A stretch of DNA of 64,000 nucleotides from Patescibacteria group bacterium (lineage in GTDB: Bacteria; Patescibacteriota; Minisyncoccia; Phycocordibacterales; JBBUBG01). Below are positions 38,003-47,307 of this stretch, one piece after another. The stretch spans positions 58,252 through 122,251 of the forward strand of contig JAZKIQ010000004.1 in assembly GCA_040384765.1 (NCBI GenBank), in the 5' to 3' direction. A model generated the notes under the pieces. The model ran no database searches. It was not told the DNA's origin and was given only the letters and a program-made list of their open reading frames with translations. The position numbers and the translations under genes are program-made. Every line of letters starts with the position of its first letter. Position 1 is the stretch's first letter.

Positions 38003-38113
38003 GGCGCTCGCCACAGTTCCTTTTTGGAACACGGATAATTTTTTGCTAAAAATTTCCTCGAGCTCGCGCCGGTCGCGCTCCCTAGTTTCCAAAAAGGAAC
38101 TGTGGCGAGCGCC
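38003..38113. repeat. family A fold-back element, copy 3
   Basis: 27-bp perfect inverted arms; diverged core with compensatory changes. Confidence 0.9.
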
Positions 38114-38171
38114 CTCGCTTGTTTCGAGTGCGCGATTGCCGGATTTTAAATAAAAATAAATTACACAAGGA

Positions 38172-40307
38172 ATGGAACGTGACTATCCTCTAGAGAAAGT
38201 ACGCAACTTCGGTATCATCGCTCATATCGACGCGGGAAAGACGACAACGTCCGAGCGTATTTTGTACTACACCGGAGAGACTCATAAGATCGGTGAGGTG
38301 CATGAAGGAGAGACAGTTACGGACTGGATGGAGCAGGAGCGCGAGCGTGGTATCACTATTACTGCCGCCGCTATCACCTGTTTTTGGAACCCGACCTACG
38401 TGGCAAAAGGGGATGTTTCAAAGAAACATCGTTTCAATATTATCGACACTCCGGGGCATATCGACTTTACCGTAGAGGTAAAGCGATCGCTCCGCGTGCT
38501 CGACGGTGCTGTCGTGGTATTTGACGGAGTAGCCGGTGTAGAGCCTCAGTCAGAGACCAACTGGCGCTATGCCGACGATGCTATGACCCCTCGCATCTGT
38601 TTCATCAACAAGCTCGACCGTATGGGTGCCTCATTTGAGCGCTCGTTCGCTTCGATCCTCGATCGTCTCAACAAAAACGCTGTTCGCGTGCAGATCCCTA
38701 TGGGTCTCGAAGAGCATTTTGGCGGCGTGATCGACCTTCTCAAAATGAAGGCATATTACTTCGAAGGGGAGATGGGCAACACGATTCGTGAGGAAGAGGT
38801 GCCAGCAGAATATATGGAGGAGGCAAAGAAGTATCGTGCAGAGCTCGTCGAAAAAATCGCCGCAGAAGATGATGCCCTTATGGCTAAGTTCCTCGATGGC
38901 GCAGAGCTCTCTCTCCCAGAGCTCAAGGCGGGTCTTCGCAAGGCAACGCTTGCGGTGAAGCTTATCCCTGTTTTTACCGGCTCCGCGCTCAAGAACAAGG
39001 GTGTACAGCTCGTACTCGATGGCGTGGTGGACTACCTTCCTTCGCCTGTAGATATGCCGCCAGTACACGGTATTGATCCAGCAACGGGTGCAGATATTGC
39101 CCGAAGCGCTTCTGATACAGAGCCATTTTCTGCTCTCGCTTTCAAGCTTCAGGTGGACCCCTTTGTGGGACAGCTCACGTTCTTCCGTGTCTACTCAGGT
39201 ACGCTCGAAGCAGGAAGCTATATTTACAACGCAACAACAGGTGAAAAGGAGCGCCTTGGCCGCATCGTGCGCCTTCAGGCAGATAAGCGGGAAGAGGTAA
39301 AGAAAGTGTTCGCGGGAGAGATCGCCGCCGCGGTAGGCCTCAAGAGCGCGCGCACTTCGCACACTTTTTGTGACGAATCGAAACCGATCATCCTTGATCC
39401 GATCAAGTTCGTTGATCCCGTAGTATCGCTCAGGATCGAGCCAAAGACGAAGGCTGACCAGGAGAAGATGGGTATGGCGCTCAAGAAGCTTGCTGATGAA
39501 GATCCTACCTTCCAGATCACCTCAAACGCGGAAACCGCTGAGACGCTTGTTTCAGGCATGGGAGAGCTTCATCTTGAGATCATGATCGATCGCATGAAGC
39601 GCGAGTTTGGCGTGGAGGCAACAGTGGGCAAGCCACAGGTGGCATATCGTGAGACTATTCTCGGTACCGCTGAAGCAGAGTGCAAATATGTAAAGCAGTC
39701 TGGTGGAAAAGGTCAGTATGCTCATGTGAAGATCCGCGTAAAGCCACTCGACCTTTCCGAAGAGCCTTCAAAGCAGACGAAGCGTCGAGATCATTTCGAA
39801 TTTACAAACTCAATCAAAGGTGGACTCATTCCGCAGGAGTTTATCCCAGCAGTGGAGAAGGGTCTTATCGAAGGCCTTTCGCGTGGTGTTGTTGCAGGAT
39901 TTGCGCTCGTGGACGTGTCGGTGGAGCTTTTCCATGGTTCGTACCACGATGTAGACTCTTCTGAAATCGCCTTCAAGATCGCAGGATCGATGGCCGTGCA
40001 AGATGCGGTAAAGCAGGCTCGTCCGGTGATCCTTGAGCCGATCATGCGCGTAGAGGTGGTGATGCCAGAACGATTTATGGGTGATGTTACCGGCTCGCTC
40101 AACTCAAAGCGTGGTCAGATCGAAGCGATGGAAGACCGTGGTCTCAACAAGGTGATCCGCGCCAAGGTGCCTCTTTCAGAGATGTTTGGGTACGTAACGA
40201 ACCTTCGCTCTATGACCGAAGGCCGCGGCAGCTCCTCGATGGAGTTCGCAGAGTATGCAGTGGTACCGCCAAACGTAGCCGCAACGATTGCCGCAAAGGT
40301 AAAGTAA
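38172..40307 (+). CDS. fusA: elongation factor G
   Basis: [18 protein letters not shown] and GMGELHLE. Confidence 0.99.
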   Translation: MERDYPLEKVRNFGIIAHIDAGKTTTSERILYYTGETHKIGEVHEGETVTDWMEQERERGITITAAAITCFWNPTYVAKGDVSKKHRFNIIDTPGHIDFTVEVKRSLRVLDGAVVVFDGVAGVEPQSETNWRYADDAMTPRICFINKLDRMGASFERSFASILDRLNKNAVRVQIPMGLEEHFGGVIDLLKMKAYYFEGEMGNTIREEEVPAEYMEEAKKYRAELVEKIAAEDDALMAKFLDGAELSLPELKAGLRKATLAVKLIPVFTGSALKNKGVQLVLDGVVDYLPSPVDMPPVHGIDPATGADIARSASDTEPFSALAFKLQVDPFVGQLTFFRVYSGTLEAGSYIYNATTGEKERLGRIVRLQADKREEVKKVFAGEIAAAVGLKSARTSHTFCDESKPIILDPIKFVDPVVSLRIEPKTKADQEKMGMALKKLADEDPTFQITSNAETAETLVSGMGELHLEIMIDRMKREFGVEATVGKPQVAYRETILGTAEAECKYVKQSGGKGQYAHVKIRVKPLDLSEEPSKQTKRRDHFEFTNSIKGGLIPQEFIPAVEKGLIEGLSRGVVAGFALVDVSVELFHGSYHDVDSSEIAFKIAGSMAVQDAVKQARPVILEPIMRVEVVMPERFMGDVTGSLNSKRGQIEAMEDRGLNKVIRAKVPLSEMFGYVTNLRSMTEGRGSSSMEFAEYAVVPPNVAATIAAKVK

Positions 40308-40320
40308 ACAGAATTTTAAT

Positions 40321-40354
40321 CAGAAAAGCCCCGGCAGATGCCGGGGCTTTTCTG
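40321..40354 (+). terminator. intrinsic terminator after fusA
   Basis: CAGAAAAGCCCCGGC-AGAT-GCCGGGGCTTTTCTG. Confidence 0.85.
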
Positions 40355-40433
40355 ATGTGGACACTGAAGGCCTATTCTAAAAGAAAATCCGCGGCGGCCC
40401 GAAGGGTCGCCGCGGATTGCGTGGAGAAGTCGA

Positions 40434-40877
40434 TCACCGCTTTCGTCCCTTTCGGAAATAGATGGGAAGGGGAGAGATGATCTGGAGGAGTTGTCCTTTT
40501 TGGTGAGAGTTCCACCACTTAGCCACCCGCGCATGCACCGCGCGGTACTGGGCAAGCTCACGTCGGGTGATCGCTTCCGTTTTGAACTTCTGCCGATCGC
40601 GGAGAGATTCTTCTCGGGCAACCCCCATCATCTGCTCGAAATCGCCCGACCTCGGGTCGACGGTTTCGCGCATGATGTTCGTGCGAAGGTCGCCGATTAT
40701 TTCGGTAATGTAGTCTCGATCTTGCTGCTCTTCGATGTCAGGAAAGTCTCTAAGCGGTCGACCTTCCTCGTCGTGAGACGCTATGGTGACATCGTACTCG
40801 GGCCGATTGTGCGTCGGTGCACTGAGGAGCAGTGTGGGCAGTACACACAGGGCGAATGACATGAACAGAAACTTCAT
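40434..40877 (-). CDS. secreted hypothetical protein
   Basis: SD AAGGAG, signal peptide MKFLFMSFALCVL and a downstream hairpin at 40386-40418. Confidence 0.65.
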   Translation of the reverse strand: MKFLFMSFALCVLPTLLLSAPTHNRPEYDVTIASHDEEGRPLRDFPDIEEQQDRDYITEIIGDLRTNIMRETVDPRSGDFEQMMGVAREESLRDRQKFKTEAITRRELAQYRAVHARVAKWWNSHQKGQLLQIISPLPIYFRKGRKR

Positions 40878-40990
40878 GGGCGCATCTCCTTTGATGGGTC
40901 GCTCTACGTCTGCTGTAGATATACCACGGGAGTGTCGCCTATAAAAACACAAAAAACGTCCAAGGCGACTTTTGTGATACATTTAGACTC

Positions 40991-41677
40991 ATGAATAGAA
41001 ATACTCTTGGGGTGCTTTCGATTGTGCTCCTCGCAATAGTAGCGTTTGTGTCGTATCAGCCGCCTACGCCAGTGACGATCGAGGAGGTCGCTAAAGAACA
41101 GCCTGCTACCACAACCGCAAAAACCGTCACAGCAACGGCCGTCTCCGAGGTAAAGACAGATCCCTACGAGGGGTGGAACACCTACAAAAACGATACGTAC
41201 GGTTTTTCGCTTCGGTATCCTGCTGATTGGGTAGTCGAGGCTATCGATGGTTCATATGCTCCACCACCATCTCCTACGTTCCAAGTGATCAGTATTTTCC
41301 CGCGCAAATATCGTGGCAGCGCGCATCCCGAGCAGGCGATCATCATAAGCCCTGATATTCAAAGCCCTGTTATTGATAGCGCTCGAGGTGGTGTTGATTC
41401 ACTTCAGTACCGCTTTTCAATCAATGACCAAGAGCTTTTTCAGGAGTTTCGAACTGAGTTTGGGCCAGAGGGATACCAGCTTTCAACAGATGTGACGAAA
41501 GTGAACGGTCTGCCAGTTCTGATGGTGTATTCAACTCGGTTTCAGGTCCCAGCAGGACTGTTCTTTGCGCTGGAAGAAGCTCAGTTTGTAAAAGTAGAAA
41601 ATGTGCTGCCAAGGGCGCCTGAAACGCATGTACAGAAGCTAAACGAAAAGATTCTTCTTTCTCTGAAAACGTTCTAG
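40991..41677 (+). CDS. membrane-anchored protein with a PsbP-like WxxYxxxxYGFSxxYPxDW motif
   Basis: GWNTYKNDTYGFSLRYPADW following an N-terminal TM. Confidence 0.75.
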   Translation: MNRNTLGVLSIVLLAIVAFVSYQPPTPVTIEEVAKEQPATTTAKTVTATAVSEVKTDPYEGWNTYKNDTYGFSLRYPADWVVEAIDGSYAPPPSPTFQVISIFPRKYRGSAHPEQAIIISPDIQSPVIDSARGGVDSLQYRFSINDQELFQEFRTEFGPEGYQLSTDVTKVNGLPVLMVYSTRFQVPAGLFFALEEAQFVKVENVLPRAPETHVQKLNEKILLSLKTF

Positions 41678-41700
41678 GTAGTTGTGCTACTGTTAGTTGT

Positions 41701-42129
41701 ATGCGACGCCTCAACCCGCTTTGGGCAGTGCTTATTATGTTCGCCTCTGCGATGGTGCCTATCGCGCTTTCGTTTGCGGCAGGGAGCTGGTGTTTTAAGA
41801 ATGCAACTGACGCGAGTGGGTGCGATGCCTTCGCTTTTATTGCAATTCCGTTTATCGTACTGGGACTCTTTGGAGGACTGCTCCTTTTTTACCTCACCTT
41901 TTTCCTTCGCGTAATCTATCGCAAGCAAAGGGTGCTGGGCCTCTCGACGAGAGCCTATGCGCTCGTCGTGCTGGCGCGTTTTTGTGCGGTAGCTATTCCC
42001 GCCGTAGTACTGCTCGAGCAGTACTCACCAGGAGCGCTTTTTGGAGAAACACTTCTCTCGTATCTGCCAGGACTTTTTATCTTCTGGTTTGGTTCACTTT
42101 TGTACTTAAACAAGAAGAAGGCACTCTAG
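41701..42129 (+). CDS. 4-TM hypothetical membrane protein
   Basis: Four hydrophobic segments; extended -10 box 7 nt upstream. Confidence 0.7.
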   Translation: MRRLNPLWAVLIMFASAMVPIALSFAAGSWCFKNATDASGCDAFAFIAIPFIVLGLFGGLLLFYLTFFLRVIYRKQRVLGLSTRAYALVVLARFCAVAIPAVVLLEQYSPGALFGETLLSYLPGLFIFWFGSLLYLNKKKAL

Positions 42130-42183
42130 AGATATTCCGCTCTTTTTGTGATACCCTCGAGCGAGAAGGGGGTGAGGAGAGAG

Positions 42184-42396
42184 ATGACTGAGCGAGCTGA
42201 TGCTACTGATCAGTGTCATGTCACTTCGTGCGAGAATCGCGTGCCTGAGAACGATGCCGCGTTCTATTGCGACACGTGCCAGGAGGCGGTATGCAAGGAG
42301 CATGTTCGCCCTGCACCGACCGCGAAAGGCGACAGGCCTCGCAACAGGTGCACCCAGTGTCAGAAGGCAGGTATCCAGGTTATGCGTGTCGCGTAG
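42184..42396 (+). CDS. small Cys/His zinc-finger protein (AN1/B-box-like)
   Basis: C-x4-C ... CxxC-x4-C-x2-H ... CxxC; SD GGTGAGGAG. Confidence 0.65.
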   Translation: MTERADATDQCHVTSCENRVPENDAAFYCDTCQEAVCKEHVRPAPTAKGDRPRNRCTQCQKAGIQVMRVA

Positions 42397-42468
42397 CTTT
42401 GAGCCTGCGATCCATGACTCCGCGCGCCTACCCGGTGCGCGGTTCTCTTTTGTATAAGTGGCATAATC

Positions 42469-42537
42469 CACTTTTTGCCGTCACTCGTTCGGGTATGAAA
42501 AGTGCTCTTTTCATGCCTCTCACTTCGCTAGGCAATA
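42469..42537 (-). repeat. family B fold-back element, copy 3 (diverged)
   Basis: Reverse complement reads TATTGCCTAGCGAAGTGAGAGGCATGAAAAGAGCACTTTTCATACCCGAACGAGTGACGGCAAAAAGTG. Confidence 0.85.
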
Positions 42538-42598
42538 AAAAATGAAAGCCGTCATCTCCATCTTGCAAGGCAAGGGGAGCATGACGGCTTCGAAGGTC

Positions 42599-42919
42599 TC
42601 AGGCGGCGCTACTGTTCCAGTAGCGGTCCGTCCGAGGGGGAAGGTACTTGAGGTAGACGAGGAGCCTGATGCGGGCATCTTCACCAGCGGCTTCGCCAAG
42701 TTCTTCGGCGAAAGCGTACACGAGCCGGCGCTGTTCAGCGCGGCCGAGCGGCGCCCTGCTCCGGTGTCGCTCACTTTCCCGATTCACTTTTTGAGTCGGG
42801 AATGCTGGGCGAAGAACACGACGGGGATCGGCGAGTCCCTCTGCGCCGCAGTTTGCACACCGGTCACTTATCATGCCGGTAGAGCATGAGCCGCACTCTT
42901 GGCATACGGGTTTTGCCAT
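42599..42919 (-). CDS. small zinc-ribbon protein
   Basis: CQECG...CANCG; TGcTATAAT promoter and GGAGGT SD upstream. Confidence 0.7.
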   Translation of the reverse strand: MAKPVCQECGSCSTGMISDRCANCGAEGLADPRRVLRPAFPTQKVNRESERHRSRAPLGRAEQRRLVYAFAEELGEAAGEDARIRLLVYLKYLPPRTDRYWNSSAA

Positions 42920-43010
42920 GACGCACACCTCCTTCAGGAGAAGATTATAGCACTTTTGGAGCAAAAGTCAATCTGTTCTGTACTCACTTTTTTGTGACCT
43001 TTGGGTGGGG

Positions 43011-43039
43011 TTGACTCGAGGGTACTCTTTCTGTAGTAT
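43011..43039 (+). promoter_or_regulatory. promoter for tuf and the S10 genes
   Basis: TTGACT-17 nt-TAGTAT. Confidence 0.7.
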
Positions 43040-43137
43040 TGTCCTACGCACGTTTCAAGGCGTTTTTTTGTTTGAATTAACACTAACTGCTTCCTCCTGG
43101 CACGCTCGATGCGGTCAGTGAAGCTCATACCCAACAT

Positions 43138-44331
43138 ATGGCAGGAACATTTGATCGCTCCAAGCCACACGTCAACGTGGGCACCATCGGCCACGTAGAC
43201 CACGGCAAGACTTCGCTCACGGCTGCAATTCTTCACGTCCTCAACCTTGCAGGAAAGGATGTAAAGCTCCGCGGCATTGGCGAAATTGACAACGCTCCAG
43301 AAGAGCGCGCTCGTGGCATCACGATTGCCCTTTCTCACAACGAGTACTCGACAGACAAGCGTCACTACGCTCATATCGACGCTCCAGGTCACGCCGACTA
43401 TATCAAGAACATGATCACCGGTGCCGCCCAGATGGACGGTGCGATCCTTGTGGTTGCCGCAACTGACGGTGTTATGCCTCAGACTCGCGAGCATATTCTT
43501 CTTGCACACCAGATCGGTGTACCGAAGATCATTATCTTCCTCAACAAGATCGACCTCGTAGATGACAAGGAGATCATCGACCTCGTAGAGCAGGAGGTTC
43601 GTGAGCTTCTCACCAAGAACCACTACGATGGTGACAACGCTCCGGTTATTCGTGGTTCAGCAGTAAAAGCCCTTGAAACAAAAGCTTCTACCGAGGAGTG
43701 GGCAAAACCAATCTTGGATCTTGCTGACGCCCTCGACAACTATATTCCTCAGCCAGTCCGCGAGCTCGACAAGCCATTTCTTATGCCAGTTGAAGACGTA
43801 TTCTCGATCGAAGGTCGCGGTACGGTAGTTACCGGCCGCATCGAGCGCGGTGTCATCAAGGTAGGCGACAACATCGAAATTGTTGGTCTTAAGGATACCC
43901 AGAAGACGACCGTTACTGGTATTGAAATGTTCAACAAGTCTCTCGATGAGGGACAGGCTGGCGACAACGCAGGTATTCTTCTTCGCGGTCTCAAGAAGGA
44001 GGATATCGAGCGTGGCCAGGTGCTTTGCAAGGCAGCTTCAGTAACTCCACACACTGAGTTCACCGCAGAGGTGTACATCTTGAAGAAGGAGGAGGGTGGC
44101 CGTCACACGCCGTTCTTCACTGGCTACAAGCCTCAGTTCTATGTTCGCACAACGGACGTAACAGGTGAGGTAACCCTTCCTGAGGATGTAAAGATGGTTA
44201 TGCCAGGCGATACCGTAAAGTTTGTGGTAAAGCTTGTAGCGCCGGTCGCTCTTGAGGAGCAGCAGCGCTTTGCTATCCGTGAAGGTGGCAAGACAGTAGG
44301 TGCAGGTGTCGTAACAAAGATCACGAAGTAA
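43138..44331 (+). CDS. tuf: elongation factor Tu
   Basis: [20 protein letters not shown] and [11 protein letters not shown]. Confidence 0.99.
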   Translation: MAGTFDRSKPHVNVGTIGHVDHGKTSLTAAILHVLNLAGKDVKLRGIGEIDNAPEERARGITIALSHNEYSTDKRHYAHIDAPGHADYIKNMITGAAQMDGAILVVAATDGVMPQTREHILLAHQIGVPKIIIFLNKIDLVDDKEIIDLVEQEVRELLTKNHYDGDNAPVIRGSAVKALETKASTEEWAKPILDLADALDNYIPQPVRELDKPFLMPVEDVFSIEGRGTVVTGRIERGVIKVGDNIEIVGLKDTQKTTVTGIEMFNKSLDEGQAGDNAGILLRGLKKEDIERGQVLCKAASVTPHTEFTAEVYILKKEEGGRHTPFFTGYKPQFYVRTTDVTGEVTLPEDVKMVMPGDTVKFVVKLVAPVALEEQQRFAIREGGKTVGAGVVTKITK

Positions 44332-44386
44332 ATTCCGCAAAGTAAAGCGTACAAATAGTCCCTCGGGACCGCGTTACACAACACTC

Positions 44387-44743
44387 ATGGCAACGAAAGC
44401 TCCAAAAAAGACGACAAAGGTGAAAGAGGGAAGCGATCTCTCGAAGCTCCGCATTCGTATCAGTGCTTATGAAAATAAGGTGCTCGACGGATCGGTGCGA
44501 CAGGTGATCGATACGGCGCTCCGCTATGGTGCGACTATCCAGGGTCCAACCCCGCTTCCGACCGAAATACGCAAGTACACCGTAAACCGCAGCTCCTTCG
44601 TGCACAAAAATGCGCGAGAGCAGTTTGAGATGCGCATCCACAAGCGCCTTGTCGATATTGTGAATCCGTCGCCAAAGATTGTTGAAGCGCTCACGAATCT
44701 CACCCTTCCGTCAGGTATCAATGTCGACGTGAAGATGATGTAG
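44387..44743 (+). CDS. rpsJ: 30S ribosomal protein S10
   Basis: GPTPLPT and AREQFEMRIHKRL. Confidence 0.98.
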   Translation: MATKAPKKTTKVKEGSDLSKLRIRISAYENKVLDGSVRQVIDTALRYGATIQGPTPLPTEIRKYTVNRSSFVHKNAREQFEMRIHKRLVDIVNPSPKIVEALTNLTLPSGINVDVKMM

Positions 44744-44757
44744 ATAGACATACTGAA

Positions 44758-45375
44758 ATGAAATTCATTCTGGGAACAAAACAAGAGATGGTTCAGCTCT
44801 TCGATGAGAAGGGTAATGTCCACGCGGGCACTATCGTTTCTGCCGGGCCCGTTGTCGTGACCCAGGTGAAGACTGCGGAGAAAGATGGCTATGAAGCGCT
44901 ACAGCTTGGCTATGGAGTGCAGAAGGAGTCTCGCCTCTCAAAAGCCGAGAAGGGTCATCTCAAAGATCTTCCCCTTTCTCGCGTGCTTCGCGAAACCCGC
45001 CTGGCTGCTCCGGCTGACGCCGCTCTCGCTCGCGGTACTTCGATCGACCTTTCAAGCTTTGCTGAGGGTGACCCAATCGAAGTGACGGGCATCTCAAAAG
45101 CAAAAGGGTTCCAGGGTACGGTGAAGCGCCATGGTTTCCATGGAGGCCCTCGCACGCACGGCCAGAAGCACTCTGAGCGTGAGCCAGGTTCTATTGGCGC
45201 CGGTGGATACCAGCGCGTATTTAAGGGCCGACGCATGTCTGGCCGCATGGGAGGGGATCAGGTGACCGTAAAGAACCTTCGCGTTTTGAAGGTTGACGCC
45301 GCTACAAATACGATGATTATCTCAGGTGCTGTCCCGGGCCGCCGAGGCACTCTTCTTGCGATCAAAGGTAAATAA
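44758..45375 (+). CDS. rplC: 50S ribosomal protein L3
   Basis: SKAKGFQGTVKRH and REPGSIG. Confidence 0.98.
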   Translation: MKFILGTKQEMVQLFDEKGNVHAGTIVSAGPVVVTQVKTAEKDGYEALQLGYGVQKESRLSKAEKGHLKDLPLSRVLRETRLAAPADAALARGTSIDLSSFAEGDPIEVTGISKAKGFQGTVKRHGFHGGPRTHGQKHSEREPGSIGAGGYQRVFKGRRMSGRMGGDQVTVKNLRVLKVDAATNTMIISGAVPGRRGTLLAIKGK

Positions 45376-45381
45376 ACCGAT

Positions 45382-46047
45382 ATGAAAGCAACGATCTATA
45401 CACAAGAAGGGAAGGAAAACGGCTCAATCGAGCTTGCTGATTCGATGTTTGGTCTCGCGTGGAACGGCGACCTCGTAAAGCAGGTTGTTGACTCGATGCT
45501 CTCTTCTCGCCGCAAGCCAGTTGCTCATACGAAGGGTCGCGGAGAGGTGCGCGGAGGAGGCAAGAAGCCATGGAAGCAGAAGGGTACAGGCCGTGCACGT
45601 CATGGATCAATCCGCTCGCCAATCTGGCGAGGTGGAGGAGTCACCCACGGACCAACAAACGAGAAAATCTTCGAGCGCAAGATCTCAAAGAAGATGAAGG
45701 CGAAGGCTCTGCTCACGATCCTCTCCCAGAAGCTCCGCGAAGGGGAGGTGCTCTTTGTGGATTCGCTCGTGCTTAGTGCTCCAAAGACAAAGGAGGCTAC
45801 GAAGGTGCTCATGGCACTCTCAAAGGTGAAAGGCTTCGAGAAAATGTCGTACAAGAAAGGCTCACGTGCCCTTCTTGCGGTGCCTGCACATGATGCGAAG
45901 CTCGCTCGCTCATTCCGCAATATTGCTTCTGTCGGTATCGATGAGGCTCGCAATATGAATCCAGTCGATCTGCTTCGCTACAAATATTTGGTGATCGCTC
46001 GTCCAGAAGAGTCGCTCAAAACGGTAGAGGGGAGGCTCGTTAAGTAA
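45382..46047 (+). CDS. rplD: 50S ribosomal protein L4
   Basis: KPWKQKGTGRARHGS. Confidence 0.98.
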   Translation: MKATIYTQEGKENGSIELADSMFGLAWNGDLVKQVVDSMLSSRRKPVAHTKGRGEVRGGGKKPWKQKGTGRARHGSIRSPIWRGGGVTHGPTNEKIFERKISKKMKAKALLTILSQKLREGEVLFVDSLVLSAPKTKEATKVLMALSKVKGFEKMSYKKGSRALLAVPAHDAKLARSFRNIASVGIDEARNMNPVDLLRYKYLVIARPEESLKTVEGRLVK

Positions 46048-46061
46048 TCGACTGCACCACC

Positions 46062-46385
46062 ATGGCAACCAAAAAGAACAAAAACGAACTCCCCGAAGCG
46101 GCTCCGAAAAAAATCTCGGTGCTTATAAAGCCACGGGTGACTGAGAAGGCAGCCATGAGCGCATCGCGCGATCTTCCTGCGTATGTGTTTGAGGTGCTTC
46201 CGGGGACCAACAAGAATGCGGTCGTCGCTGCTATTAAAGAGCAGTACAAAGTGAACCCAATCAAAGTTCGCATGACCTCTCTTCCCCGCAAACAGGTGTT
46301 TGTTCGCGGCAAGTGGGGGATGAAAAGCGGCATCAAGAAGGCCGTTGTATATCTTGCAAAAGGTGATAAGATCGATCTCGCCTAA
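46062..46385 (+). CDS. rplW: 50S ribosomal protein L23
   Basis: PRVTEKA and KKAVVYL; operon position. Confidence 0.95.
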   Translation: MATKKNKNELPEAAPKKISVLIKPRVTEKAAMSASRDLPAYVFEVLPGTNKNAVVAAIKEQYKVNPIKVRMTSLPRKQVFVRGKWGMKSGIKKAVVYLAKGDKIDLA

Positions 46386-46390
46386 CTTCC

Positions 46391-47236
46391 ATGCTTAAGC
46401 ACTACCGCCCTACATCAAAATCTCGCCGTCATATGTCCACGATCATGTATCGTGGAGTTATCACGACGAACGAACCGTACAAGCCGCTCACCTCTGGTGG
46501 TAAGCGCGACATGGGCCGCAACAATGCTGGCCGCATCTCGGTCCGCCACAAAGGAGGAGGTTCGAAGAAGCTCTATCGTCTCATCGACTTTGTATACAAT
46601 AAGCGCGATGTTCTCGCGACTATTGAGACCGTAGAGTACGATCCATACCGCTCGGGCTTTATCTCTCTTGTCGTGTATCGCGACGGTGAGCGCCGCTACG
46701 TGCTTCTTCCAAAGTCGCTCGGCGTAGGAGACACCTTTGTGGTTTCGGAGAAGGCGGATATCAAGCCGGGCAACCGTTTGCCTCTTAAGAATATTCCTGT
46801 AGGTACGTTTGTATATAATATCGAATTTCACCCAGGTGGAGGTGGCAAGATCTCGCGATCTGCTGGCAACTATGCTGAGGTTCTTTCCAATGACGCTGGC
46901 TACACCAATGTGCGCATGCCGTCGGGCGAGGTGCGCAAGGTAAATGGTATGTGCTGGGCATCGGTGGGAGAAGTCTCAAACGGAGAACATAACCTCGTAA
47001 ACTTCGGCAAGGCAGGACGCTCACGATGGAAGGGTATTCGCCCAACGGTTCGTGGTACTGCTATGAACCCGGTAGATCACCCATACGGTGGTGGTGAAGG
47101 GCGCCAGGGTCGTGGTACTCGCCGAGCGAAGTCCCTCTGGGGCAAGCCAACAGGCGGGCACAAAACTCGTACTCCCAAGAAATACTCAAATATTTTCCGA
47201 GTGTCGCGACGCCCTAAGAAGCTTCGCAAGAAGTAA
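46391..47236 (+). CDS. rplB: 50S ribosomal protein L2
   Basis: RPTVRGTAMNPVDHPYGGGEG. Confidence 0.99.
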   Translation: MLKHYRPTSKSRRHMSTIMYRGVITTNEPYKPLTSGGKRDMGRNNAGRISVRHKGGGSKKLYRLIDFVYNKRDVLATIETVEYDPYRSGFISLVVYRDGERRYVLLPKSLGVGDTFVVSEKADIKPGNRLPLKNIPVGTFVYNIEFHPGGGGKISRSAGNYAEVLSNDAGYTNVRMPSGEVRKVNGMCWASVGEVSNGEHNLVNFGKAGRSRWKGIRPTVRGTAMNPVDHPYGGGEGRQGRGTRRAKSLWGKPTGGHKTRTPKKYSNIFRVSRRPKKLRKK

Positions 47237-47238
47237 TC

Positions 47239-47266
47239 AAAACGCCGCCCTTCGGGCGGCGTTTTT
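47239..47266 (+). terminator. intrinsic terminator after rplB
   Basis: AAAACGCCGCCC-TTC-GGGCGGCGTTTTT. Confidence 0.85.
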
Positions 47267-47307
47267 CGTTAGAGATTTTCTAAAAAGAAAAGTGGTACAC
47301 TGGCTCT

